From Raillietiella orientalis (taxonomy: Eukaryota), in assembly GCA_036172245.1 (NCBI GenBank), contig JAYWIR010000034.1:124001-188000 (forward strand): a stretch of 64,000 bases of DNA, written 5' to 3'. Both the position numbers and the translations under genes were made by a program. Below the pieces are notes generated by a model, which did no database searches, was not told the origin of the DNA, and saw nothing but the letters and a program-made list of their open reading frames with translations. Positions 1 to 12,300 of this stretch are shown piece by piece (position 1 is the stretch's first letter; each line of letters starts with the position of its first letter).

Positions 1-348
1 CGGAAGAGGAGACGCTCTCGAGGTCGGGGCGTCGATCAGCGCGCAGAGGATGCCGAAGGTCCACATGAGACCTGATGAACGAACTGCCTCCGGCACTCTT
101 CGTTTCCGGAGGAATTCCTGTGTTTCTCGACCCTCCCTCCCTCCTCCTCCTCCCCCCTTCGACCCATGCGCGAACAGAAACATCGTCTCTCGGCCTGAGA
201 CCTGGTCGAGGACGCTGAGGAGTCCTTCTTGCTTGGGCGCGCACACGTTCCTCGACCGGGATTTCCCGAGTCGCCGGAACCTCCTCGGATCCAAGCGGGA
301 GGACGACGGCTTGTTCGTTCGGACCCAACGGAAGAACCGCTGGGATGC

Positions 349-3300
349 TCACATCCGCACACCTTTATTGGAATCGATGCTGAGGCTCCTGAGCCTCGGG
401 TCTTGCCCTCCACCTCCACTCCTGAGGGATTCCTCGAACTTCTCCAGTGCCAGGTTCTCGCTGCAGAATTCTCCCAGGGTCTCGCTTCCATCTTCGCCCA
501 GGTCAGGCTGGTATGCTGCGTTGCCGTAGTCTTGGTATTCGTACGCGTATCTGGCCATCAAGGCGAAAACAAATATGTCCACCACGATCAGACCCCCGAA
601 GAAGAAGAACTCAAAAGACTGCAAGAGAAATAGAAAAACACGCAAAAAAAAAAAAGAGAGAAAGAGAGAGAGGGAGGGAGGTGATGGCGGGTGAGTTAGC
701 CGTCATCCTTGCAAACAACGAAGTTTCCCATTTCCGTCGTCCCCCGCCCTCCCCGCGACCCTGAGACAAGCCGCGTACGGTTGCGCGCGGCCTCCTCGAT
801 GACGACGACGACCGCTCAGGATGCGTACTGTGCGCGCGCGACGCCTTCCCTGGCGGCGAAATCCCTGGCGAGTTCACGCGGTGCTCGTTCTCCCGGTCCA
901 TACGCGCGCAAACACTCTCTCTCACCATTCCCGCGAGAACCACAACCACCCAGGCTGCCCCTTCCTCGAGTCCCTTTCCTCCTCGTTCGTCTCGACTTTC
1001 CGACGCGCGGACCGAGCGGCGGCGGCCTTGGAGTTCCCAAGCCGAAGTCTTCCTCCCTCTCTTGTAGAGTGGGGCCTTCCTGTTGTCCGGAAGGGCCCGG
1101 GCTTGCACCCGGCGGGTTGCTTTCTCAGCGGGCGGGAGGAAGCAGGTTCGTCGAGACGCCGGATACGTGCTTTCAGAAGAGCCTTCCGAAGGGTCGGTCT
1201 GCTGCAGGTGCCTCTTCAGGTTCCGCATGGAAGTGGCGCCGTAGGGCCGCCGACGTTCGATTGCCTCGGGCTTCTTGCGGAAAGGAGGCGCGGCGAGCGG
1301 GACGCAGTTGCCGCCGCTCCCGCGCGACGTTTGACGCGTGTCGCGTACGAAACGAGGAGCAAATCGCTCCGAGGAGCAGCCTGGGGCGGTTCACCACATC
1401 CCTCTCGACTCTCATTGACGACATTCAGTCCGGGACTAGTGGTGGAGCTCGAAGCGTGCCGAGCAGCGGCGCGGAAGGGGGGAGGGGGGCGCCAGAGGTC
1501 AGCTGCGGCGGAGCCCACTTTCGTTGGTGTCTTCCAGGTACTCGCGCTTGTTCTCTCAGGGGAACAGCAGCAAAAGGGAGGGACCGTGACAGTGACGTCC
1601 TACGGGAAACACCCCAAAAGATAGGGAAGACATGGATGAGCTGAGCTTTTCGCGGCCCGTCGAAGAAGGCTGCGAACTGGAGCGCCAGGGGGGTTAGAAT
1701 GCTGAAAGACGCTCCCTTCCGTGTCCTCCCTGGTAACCCGGCAGCAGCATCCACGAAGACACCACCTTTGGACGGGCAAAACGACGGCATGGATCTCCGC
1801 GAGTGCGCTTGCGGAAGATGTACGTGCGTGCAAGTGGGACGGGATTTCGTACGGTACTTTTGCGAGTGAACGGGAGGCGGGAGAGCAATGCAAGGGAGAC
1901 GCGATGCCAGCCGGCTCTGCTCTCTCGGGATGAAGATGCTGACACGTTCGGCGCCAGTGCTGTGCCAGGAAAAAAGAAAAAAAGGGGGAGAGGAGTTGGG
2001 AGTAGAGCTTGCTGAGATGCTGTGGTGCATCTGCCGACGTGCTTCTCCCCTTCTTGGCTCGCAGTGGTGCAGAGCGGTCTTTCAAGGGGTGGGATTGGGG
2101 GGGGGGGGGAATTGAAGGCAAAGAGTTGCTCGCCGCATGTGACGGGGGAGGAGGGACGAGCAGCAAAGCGGCAAAAACCGAAAAATCAAGAGCACTGATC
2201 AAACGTCTCGCCGCTATCGAGCTCTTGCCCCCGGGCGGAAGCGACCGAACGCTCCTCCGGCTCTCGCTGCCCTCTGAGAGGGTTCGATCGCATGTCTTAC
2301 TCGTCTTTCGAAGAAGCTTCCTTCCGCTATGATGACGATGATGATGTTCCCCACGGCGATAGTGATGTTCCATGCCCCCATAATCAGAGACTTCATGGAC
2401 GCCGGCGCCTGGAAGGGAAGAGGAAACATCGGTAGTTTTCGGGAGCATCGAGCGGAACGAGGCACCTCGAGCTCGCCCCGAGCATTCGGGAAGAGCGCCC
2501 GTTCCGACCGGGAGTCGCTGAGAGCCGTTTCCCCCGCACTTGCAACGCGTTCTCGGTTCTGCATTCTTTTTTCCTCGCCTGTCCCCTGCCGCGGTGCACG
2601 GAACACGACCTGGCAATCGTCGACGTTCCTTGCGGCCGGCAGGAAGCCACGGGAGATAAAGGCCGAGCAGGATCAACGGTCGGCGGAGAGGAAAAGATAA
2701 AAGGGGCAGATGTGCGGGCGGCAGCGCGGATGCACTGGGCTTTCGAAAGATGGCACTGGGATGGCTCGGGTTCACAGTTGCAAAACGCCTGGAGGAGCTC
2801 GCGCCTCCCTCAGGAGGCGGCAAGATCCTTCCGAGGGACGTCGGATGGGAGCAGAACCGCTCGCATACACGGAACAACGGGAGGGGAAAGAGGTACCCCG
2901 AAAAATCCCGCGGGATCGAAGGGACGCAGTCGAGCGGCGGGTGTGTTCTGCAAGCCCTCGAGCGGCGATGGCGCTCATTCCGGCGCCGCAGAGCAGCGGC
3001 GGGAAATCCAGGCTTTGCTTGAGAAATGGCTCCGCCTCCAGGATGGGGTGGTGTGTGTGGGGAGGAGGGGGGGGGGGGCAGGAGGAAGGAAGGAGGAACT
3101 CATCCGGAACATCGAGAGAGGGTGCGCTGGGCACGCGTTTGCGAAACTGAGCCATCTGTCTTCCTGAGCGATGGTTCCAGAACCTTCTTCCAAGCAACGC
3201 AAGGGCTCGACGTGAATTCGACGTCCGTTCGATCTTCCTGGATTCCAGATGTCTTCCGATAGAGTGCTCTTCGCTGGTTCGAAAATTTCCGGCTCGTCGG

Positions 3301-6300
3301 CACGGCTCGTTCCGGGAGTGGGCGCGGAAGATGCTCAGAAGTTCTTCCCCTGCCCCCTCCCCCCTTCCCTGCCTGTTCTAACGCGAAGAGGCCGTTCCGC
3401 ATGGAAACGATCGATTCCTTGCCTTCCGGAGAGCACACAGGGGCGTGACGTGATTGCGACGAAGCACTTCCCGGACTCCTCTGAATAGAAGACCAGCCTT
3501 CCAGCGAGATCCTCTTCCATGATGGAGCACACTGATCCGCGCGCCCCGTCTCTTAACCAACAGGCGCCCCAGACAAACGGAGAGAGGAGAAGAGAGGACC
3601 AAGCCGCTTGCGTTTCCCGACCTCCAGGAGTGGCTCTCACTTTTCGCCAGCGCCAGCGTCGAGGTTGAGAGCGGAACCAGCGAAGACCTGAGGAATTGGA
3701 GAGGTTCGAGCATGCGGGGCAGCCTATAGTGCACCTTACGGAGTCGCCAGCTGGCATCTCGCTGCTGCATCCAACAGTCGCGAGGAAAATGCCTGATGCC
3801 GGCTCCGCACGACCTTTTTCTCTTACGACTGCCCCTGTGCAACAACTGCTTATCATTGCGCAATGATAGCGGAAACCTCCACTTAGGTCATGCAGGATTC
3901 TCACTGTTACTCCTTGCGACAACACGCAATGAAGATTGTTATCTTTGTCGTCAAATCTGAAACACATGCGGCAAGCACTCTGTGAAAAAAGCACCAGTTC
4001 CTCGGATTCCTCTCGCCCTTCGACGCACAAATGGAAGGAACCTTGGAACGGGACTCAGGGCGCGGCGTGACTTTCCACCTCGTTCCCGGATGTGGTTGCG
4101 GCAATGTCCCCCCCCCCCCCATCTCCGAATCTTCTTTGCGGCTCTTCTCGTGCCGACAAACACGCTTGTCCCTTTTGACTCACGTTGAGAGGGGTGGTTG
4201 CTTCCCGCGAGGATGCGTTCGCGGCACAGAAAGAAAGAAATGCCGCACATCCCAGCCGCCGGAAAGGGGTTTCCCTCAGCAGTCGCACCAGAGACCCGAC
4301 TGTTGCCTACGAAAGCTGCGGGCATCCTTCTTCTCAGCTTCTTTGTAATGCGTGCTGATGCTCTCGAGATCAACACGCCCGATGCGATTACTGCATTTCT
4401 CCTCGCAGGCAAATTCAGAGTAAGGTGGTCTCCGCAACAAGCTGTTACGTGTGCCTTGCGGAAGAAAATCAGTTCGAGCACGTGATGAGGTTATGGCAGC
4501 TCACAGCTTTCCTGCCTTCCTCTATCCTGTATCTTCTTTCCTTCCTTTTGTTCTTTGTCTTGCAAGAGCTTGCTCCGCCTGCCGTCTTCAACTTCGTTTC
4601 CAAGTGCTGATTCGAGCGTGACCTGAGGCAGGTCTTGAGGAATGCTGGCAGGTCTTGAGTCAGAGTCACAGATTGCGTTCGGAAGTTCCCATACACCTTG
4701 CACTGTTCTGCTTGGCAACCCTGACATCACTGGTGACTTCCAGAGAGATTTCTTGTTTTTTTTTTTGTTTTTTTTTGTTTTTCTAAATATGTATATGTAC
4801 ATAGCTCCGGCTTGCGACCTCTTCAGCCTAGTTTAGGACGCACGTTTTCTGGCAGCGCCGAAGGCGTCCCGCAAATCTGCTTGAAAGATGCGATCCGCAA
4901 TAAGGTAGGGTTCCATAGTCACTGCCTTCCTTTCCTTTGCGTCCTGTTTCTTGCATGAGCGCAGGTTCCGCGTGTGGCGTCCGTTTTCCTAATGGTCGAC
5001 CGACAAAACGAAGGTCCCATTTTACAAGGTACAAAGAAAATCGTGGATGTCTGCCTGGAAGTGATTTCATACGCATGAGCGTAAGACTAAAAGAGTCACC
5101 CGTGAGGTGGTATTGATTTTGATCCTGAAATTTTCGAACCGGAATAAAAAAAAGAAAAAAGGAAAAAAAAAACAAGTCAGTGCATTACAGTCGGAGGGGA
5201 GTTCGTGAACTTGGAGACCGATCTTCCGCATCTCTTACCTGAGTAAAAGAGAATTCCAATCCTGTGATGGAGAAGAGAATTTCAGAGCAGGTGATCAGGA
5301 AATACTGTGGGATGATCCACAGGATGCTCACTGAGTTCGGCGGGTTGACACTCACAGTGGACACTAACTGAAGATAAAAATAGTGGATGAAACGCAGAAT
5401 GGAATGCTGGCAGATATCGGTAGAGTGAGAGACAAAACAAAAAAGACGTGATCTTAGATCAGCGTCGCAGGCTGCGTAATTATGCGCAGTTACGTGATTC
5501 TTTCGACCTCATTAGGTGGTTTTCCAGAAAGTCTTTCTTATACTGAAAACTGGTTCGACTCTGTCCCGTGGTCAAGAGAGGAGAGAGACCTCGGGGAAGG
5601 CAAAAGTCTCGCGTCCAGGAACGCGAATCCCAAACAGATTCGAACCGCGGATGGCGGCAGCTGGTTCTGCCAGACGCAGTCAGTACTCGTGCTTTGCTTG
5701 CATCCATCCTGTAGTCGAAAAACCGATCCATACCTTGATCTCCCCGGAAGATGCCTTAGAGACTACAAGGTGGTAGACGCCTCCGAGTCGGCCTGTGAAA
5801 TCTCCTAGATGGACTTCGGATTTGTTTTCGGCCTTGCGAAACAGCGAATACCTGAGGAAACCAGAAACAAAAGAGTCGTGAGATTTCTGCATCTCTAATT
5901 TCAATCAGACTTTTCCGGAGACACTGTCTGGTAGTCAGTGGAGCCGACGTCTCCTGGCGGTATGCTGAACTTGATCGGCTCTCCGTAGTTGGGTTTCACG
6001 ATCATAGAAGATTGGAGCGTGTTGTTGGGAATGTTGTACAGGATCCTTCGTTTTCCGAGAAAGAAGAAAAAAAAAGCACGCGTTATTTTCGAGCTGTGAT
6101 GAAAATCATTGACAGAGTTCTCGTCTCAAGAAGACGATCTGCCCCGCAGTCGCTCCCACTCAAGGAGACGGAAGGGACAGTAAGAGGACAGGCATCCGCG
6201 ACCCCTGCGTCACGCCGGTCTTTGAGCACGCGCTTTCGATATAGAAAACGCGAAAACGAAGAACAGTCGGTTGTAGGCGTGGTTTCCTTTCATCCTGCAC

Positions 6301-9300
6301 GTCCAGATAGGTAGACCTGAGGGGTTCGGGCACGTGGTGAGGCTTTGGCAGCTCACAGCTACCCCGCTTTCCTCTATTCTGTATCTTCTTTCTTCCTACT
6401 GAGCTTGCTCCGCCTCCGTCTTCAACTTCTTTTCCAACTGCTGTTTCGAGCATGACTGGAGACAGCAAAATCACATTCCAAATTGAACAGTATGACACGC
6501 CAGTGAACACGTCGCACTGCCTTCCATGTACCCACGTGCTTTTGCCAGAGTTTTTTGTGTCGCCAGCTGCACACGCGTTGTCTCTTCCGCTGTTGCAGAC
6601 TAGGATGTGATCTCGTCCCTCTGCTTCGCACGTCTTGCGCAAATACGCGCGCGAGCGCTCTCCCCGTTCTTCCCTTCGGAAACGACCGAACTAGGTCGGG
6701 GAAGGCAGCAGCTGGCGGCACTCACGTCACATGGAACACTGTCCAAATCGAAGTCCTTGTGCATGGAGCGTGTATTCGTCCCAAAGATTCGAATTCACGG
6801 AGGTTGATCCTTGGGGTAGAGTGTGGTCCGGGCGCCACCGTGCGAGCAGCCGCCAGAATGAACGGCGACGGCTCCCGTGCTGCCGCATCCTCGGCAAAGA
6901 AAGGAAGAAAGAAGGGTCTCTGCCACCGACACAAAGGCGCTGTTCTTCGACCCGACATTGACGCGTGCGAGCGAGTGGCCGCCGCCGCTGCGTCTGCGTG
7001 CGACTGGATGAGGTCTCAAGGCGGCACGTTAGGCCGTCCTCCCCTCTGTCCTGAGCGCGTGCCTGCTAGACCTGACTGTCCGGTTGGCGACAGGCGCTCG
7101 AGAAAGCCGGACCTGAGCTCCGGTGACCTCCAGCTCATCTGATCTTCTCTAGACTCTCGCGTTCGCCCATTCCCCTCCACTGCACGACTTCCAGCGGAGG
7201 AACCCTGACGTGAGTCCCGAACTGAGAACACAGCTCCACCCTGCCCTCGCGGACTCACTCTGCCCGCCGAAGAAGGAATGAAAGTCTTCATCCCCTCAGG
7301 GCAAGTCTCATCCCTCTCGTTCTGCCATCCTAGCCACGCGCCGCGTTCGTTCTGTTTCCTCCTCGAGAAACGGGATGGGGAGTCCGTCCTCGTCGTGCAG
7401 TTTCCCCCGATGGTCTTCCGGTTCCCTCTGCCTCCCTTGTTGTCTGGAAAACCGAGCGACTCGCTCCGCAACGCGGCTCCCGATTCTCTGCTCCGAGCTC
7501 CTCGTTTGCCATCCGGGTCCAGGAATCCGCGCGCCGAGAGCTCCTGCCGCTTCTTCTACCGAGAGAGAGAGAGAGAGAAGAAACCCTTGGTCTCCCAGGG
7601 AAACCAAGAGTTCCCGTGGCTTGCCACGAAGTGGTTGCGCCCCAGTTTGGAGACGGTTTCCAGCAATGCATTTAAGCCTCAACCAAGGAGACGCAGAACG
7701 CGGGGGGCTTGGCCGGAGACCGAGAGGCCTCTCCGGTGGCTGCAGATCCGGAAGAAGGGAGCTCCTCCGGACGGGGGAAGGGGGGGGTGAACGTTCTATC
7801 GCTCGTCGGCCCCGAGTTCCGCGGAGTCGTTCAGGGAGAGAGAATGGCCACCGTCGCAGGCGAGAGAGACCATCAAGGACCACTCTCTTCGTGAAGAGGC
7901 GGGAGCGATCTTCCCGCCTCTTCACCCCAAATTGGTGGCATCCTGGACTCCTTCCTTCCGCTCACCGGGAAGATGGCAGCGCCTTCTTTCCTCTGCACTC
8001 GCTTGCGAGGCACGTGAGGGGCTCGGCTGCCCCTTAGGAGACCCTGAGGCTGCAGTCACCCCAGCACGACCTGCGGCTTGGAATGGTGCACTCCGTTGAC
8101 TCTGTTCCCGACTCCTTGCCTGCACTGCCCTGCAAGCTTATCCGGATGGGGGGTGGAACGAGGCTCTGGGACGAGTCCGGGCTGCGTCCCTCCGCGTGCG
8201 GCCGCCAGCGCGACACGGCCGGCCAATTGGAATCACGCCGCAAATCGGGAACGAGGAAGAAAAGAGGCAAGGGAGGAGACTGGGCCGCTCCTATGGATAC
8301 GGTAGGATCTCTGGGCGGGAAAGGAACCGAAGGAAAGGGTTTTCCGTCCCGGGACGGGGAATCAGAGGGCCTTTTCTCTTCACGGGGGACCGTGGCGTTG
8401 CTGCGGGTACCCCACCGGCTCGTCGGGACCGGCGGTTTCCGCGTCGCAGCGCCGAAGAGCAGCCGACGTCGGAGGAAGAGGGGATGAAGGAAGATGGCGC
8501 GCTGGAAGACGGGGGAGAATGCCAGAGCGTGGAAGTCCCGGGAAAGAGTAGGATGAGCAGAGGCGGAGAAGCGAAAGGCATTGCTATGACGCAGACCTAC
8601 CGAATCCTAGGATACCCGGTCGTCGACTTCTCCAAGTCGTCTTTTTTGAAGTGATTGATTTGCAGCTGGTCCTTGGCGTCCTGAGAAATCATCAGAGAAT
8701 ATGCCTGAAAAGCAGAGAGGACACCTTCAGAGAGGGAAGCGAAAGCGTCTTCTCCAGCATCCGAGTCCTGACCGGTCGCTTTCCAAGCGCTGATCTCAAG
8801 GTCATCGCCTCGGCAAGTTCGGATACTCTCGCCGCCGCACAGGAGGAGGATGCAGCGGTAACCGCGACCGCTCCTTGGATGCCGCGCGGCACCGTCCCTG
8901 GCCATTTCGTGCACCGTGCCTTTACAAGGGCGCGGCCGAAGAACCACCAGAAACTCGCGCAGGCGACCAGCGACGCGCCCCGTCGGGCTGTCAGAGGTTT
9001 CCTTCCCAATCAGCGTTTACGTGGCAATCGGGAAGCCGCCCCTCCGATACCCCAGGGCACCCGCCGACCCGAAGAAAGCCGCAGCCCGGAGACAAAAGAG
9101 CGAGTGCGCACGGAGAGGACCGGAGGATTCCGCACGTGAGCCGGAGGACATCGAGTGAACCCGCGAGATGTTAGGTATGCCCTGCACTCTTGGACACGGG
9201 ATCTCCCTCGTGCCAGCTTTCTCCTGCTCATCCATGCCGCACCTCCCTCCCCCACCCGCGCTCCCTCTTGTTTCTCTGCCTCGCCAGCCGACCTCGTTCC

Positions 9301-12300
9301 TTCTCGTTGTCGAGCGTTCCCACGGAGCGAGGGTGCAAGGGAGCCTCGCTCCATGGAAATGCTGCTACCCTGCCGCTCTCACCACCATCATGAGAAAAGG
9401 GAGGTGACCAGATGCGCCTTTCCCCTTCCGGAGTGGTAGTTGTTCCCTCCTATGGCACACTGCGTTAGCAAGCTTCCCGAACACCATCCCGAGTAAACCA
9501 TGGTCTGGAGGGGCAAACGATCACCAACGAGGCCGCGCTCGCGCGCATAAGTGCTGCGGCTCCCCTGGTGATCCCTTTCTGTGTCTTGTCAGCCTGCGGG
9601 CGCCCCAAGCCGCTCTTGCTCCGAGAGAGGATGACCCTTCTCCTAAAGGAGATGTGGGAGACCTCGAGCGGTGCTGTTCCCCAGGCCGCTGAGTGGGCTA
9701 GGGCACTCCCTCTCCTTCCTTGCAGAACGAGGAAGAATCAAGAGATAACTCCGCGGCATCCTGACTCCCTTCCCATTTCCCCAGCGAGCATTCCAGAAAG
9801 AGGGACTGCGGTAGACCGTTGTCCGGGATCGCCTTTGCATCGCGGCAGCTCGCGAAGCGCCAAATGGGATTTCCCCTCTTTCTGGGAAGAGGATTTTTCC
9901 TGGACCAGCCACCTCCAAAGAAGCTGGGAGAGGAAAGAAGGAGCAGCAAACCCTCCATCCCTTCAGCCACCAGTCTCCCTTTTTACCCTCCCTAAATGAC
10001 GGTTTTATATGAATGCCCGGAGTCAGAAACTGCGGCAACGGAAACCAACATGCTGGCTACTTCGCAAAGCATGGCGATGTCCCCGAGCATCTCTTGCTCT
10101 CTCTGATTTTTCGGAAGGACGGTTCCGGAACGGAGTGGATCGTTTCCATGGCGATGGAGATCGAACAGCTATCATGTTATGAATACTATGGAGACTATGC
10201 TGTCTGTCGATCAGCGTTGCGCCACAGCATAGGCATCACTACAGCCATTGCTATCGTTACTGTCAGAGTCGCGAGGGGGATTCGTGCTACTAACAGTGCG
10301 ACGGTTACTATCATCACCATAACCGCTATCGTCATGAAAATGATGCCGATGGCGAGGAAGCGATGATTTCTGACTCCAGCATCATTAATCTCATGATGCT
10401 GACTCCAAATTGTCAAAGAGGCAAGAGTCAGAGACAGCTGCTAGTCTGCACCGAGACTGAGCCCGCGGGGAATCCCCGTCTCCGTGGAAACGGGGTGGGA
10501 CCGAGAGTCTTATCTGGCGGGAGAGAGACGAGGCGAAGACCACTGGCTTGGCGGACTCCCTTACCTGCGTGCTGTTCGTGTAAAGGACCGTGGATGCTGA
10601 CTCCGGATGCTGTGCCCCACCGCAAGGTCCGAGAGTCCACACCTCCAAGGAGTATGCACGTGATGCGTCCACCAAAACGAAGGTCATGCTCTGCAGGTTT
10701 CCCAGATACCCGAAGGTCTCGTCCGAGGAGGAATTGTACTTCACGGTGCAGTTCAACGCGTTGATCAGCGTCACCTGGCAATTCCCCTCCTTCGGGAGCA
10801 CCACCTCGTTCCTCTGCGTTCGGGAAAGTCGCAGAGGGGGAGAGCAAAAAAGGTTCATTAGATCTCAGCCTCACCGGAATCGCGGCTACATCCCCCCTCT
10901 TCAGACTCGAAATGCTCTTGTGACCTGCTCATGTCTCTGCGCGGGAGGGGAGGCTAGGGTGAAGCGGGGAACAGTCTCTGGGAGACACTGGGGACGAGGA
11001 CGGTTCTCTCATCGGCGGGGAGTGTTGCCTCTGGGGGGGGAATATGAGGCGGACTTTGGCCGTCGCACTTTCCGGAAGGACCGCTGCGATCCACATTTCC
11101 TCATCCTTACTCTTCCCACCCGTCCGCCCCTCTCCTCCCGTAACTCTGTAGTCTCTCTTCTAGAGGAGTCGTGATCGCTTCTCCTTCCCTTGCAAGGTTC
11201 CGGCATGGCTTCATGAACCCTTCTTGTGGAGGACGCTGGGAATCTTTCCTCCATCCTTATCCCCTTACCCCACTTCCCGACAACTCCAGCAGCGCCGCAA
11301 CGCCATGCGAGGCCGGCGGATTCTTGCTGCTTTCAAAGCGTCAAAAGCTTCGCTCAGTGAGAGATCGGATCTTCCGGTCGCAGGAGAAAAAGATAGAAGC
11401 CTCCAGAATCCGTATCACACAGAGGGAGAGGCTCCCCCTCTGGAAGTGGACACCTTGGCGTGTTTCTCCTTGAAGCGTTTCTCGGCTAAGTACTTCTCCT
11501 CGTGTCCGGCATCCCTGTCTCGCTCTTAACAGGAAGCATTGCTCCCGAGGATTTCCACGACTTCCTTGTTGCCTTTCGAGAGTAGGGGGCAGGAAGCTAG
11601 GCTGATTTAACCGCGAAGATTCCTCACCATCTTCCTTCTTCCTCTTTCCTGGTTTCCTTCCTCATCTCCCTTTTTCTTCCTTTTTCTGCTACCTTCTCCA
11701 GGAATCCTTTCCTTCCGGTAGGCAACTCTTCATTGCATCCCCCTGGTAGTGAAAAGTTCTTCTCCAATCTTCCAGAAGAATCGTCACTTTTCGGCGCCGG
11801 CACCATGTGGGCGGAAGTCCACCCCGATCATAGTGAACCTTCACGTTCAGGGAAGTCCTCGGAGACGAGCGAGCACGGGAGACGTGTTCTTCGGTCTTCC
11901 GTCATCCTTCGCTGCGGTGCGGAGAAGCAAGGGGCGCGCTCCCAAGTCCGGGACGACTTCTCTCGAGCGGAGGATCCACCCGAGCGTGATGCCGGAGGCG
12001 CGCGGCAGAGGAAAGGACTCGATTCCCTCTCACCTGACACTCACTCCTCCCTGCAGCACGCATGCTACTTCCGGGAGTCCCTAGTTAGTCTCTCACCTCG
12101 ATGACCATCTGCAGCGCTCCGGCCACGCCGAACGCCACCCCGGCCAGAAGTCCCCCGACGACCAGTCTGGGAATGGGCTTAACGAGCAAGTGGCATCTGG
12201 CCAGAACGGGATAAAGGACGTATTGGAAGAATGGAATGAGCACCACGATGAGGATGGGGTTGAACACCTGCATCTGGTCCGACTTGATGTTGAAGACACC

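Noticed and set aside
611..3500. Long overlapping ORFs (e.g. 1600-2877, 425 aa; 709-1644, 311 aa)
   Set aside because: R/S/P/G-rich ORFs on both strands of GC-rich PepT1 introns; no domain-like content, expected from low stop-codon frequency.
11624..11900. Possible extra PepT1 exon in the 10814-12096 intron
   Set aside because: Flanking exons already join in frame (MVIE|RNEVVLP) matching PepT1 spacing; no good splice sites found.
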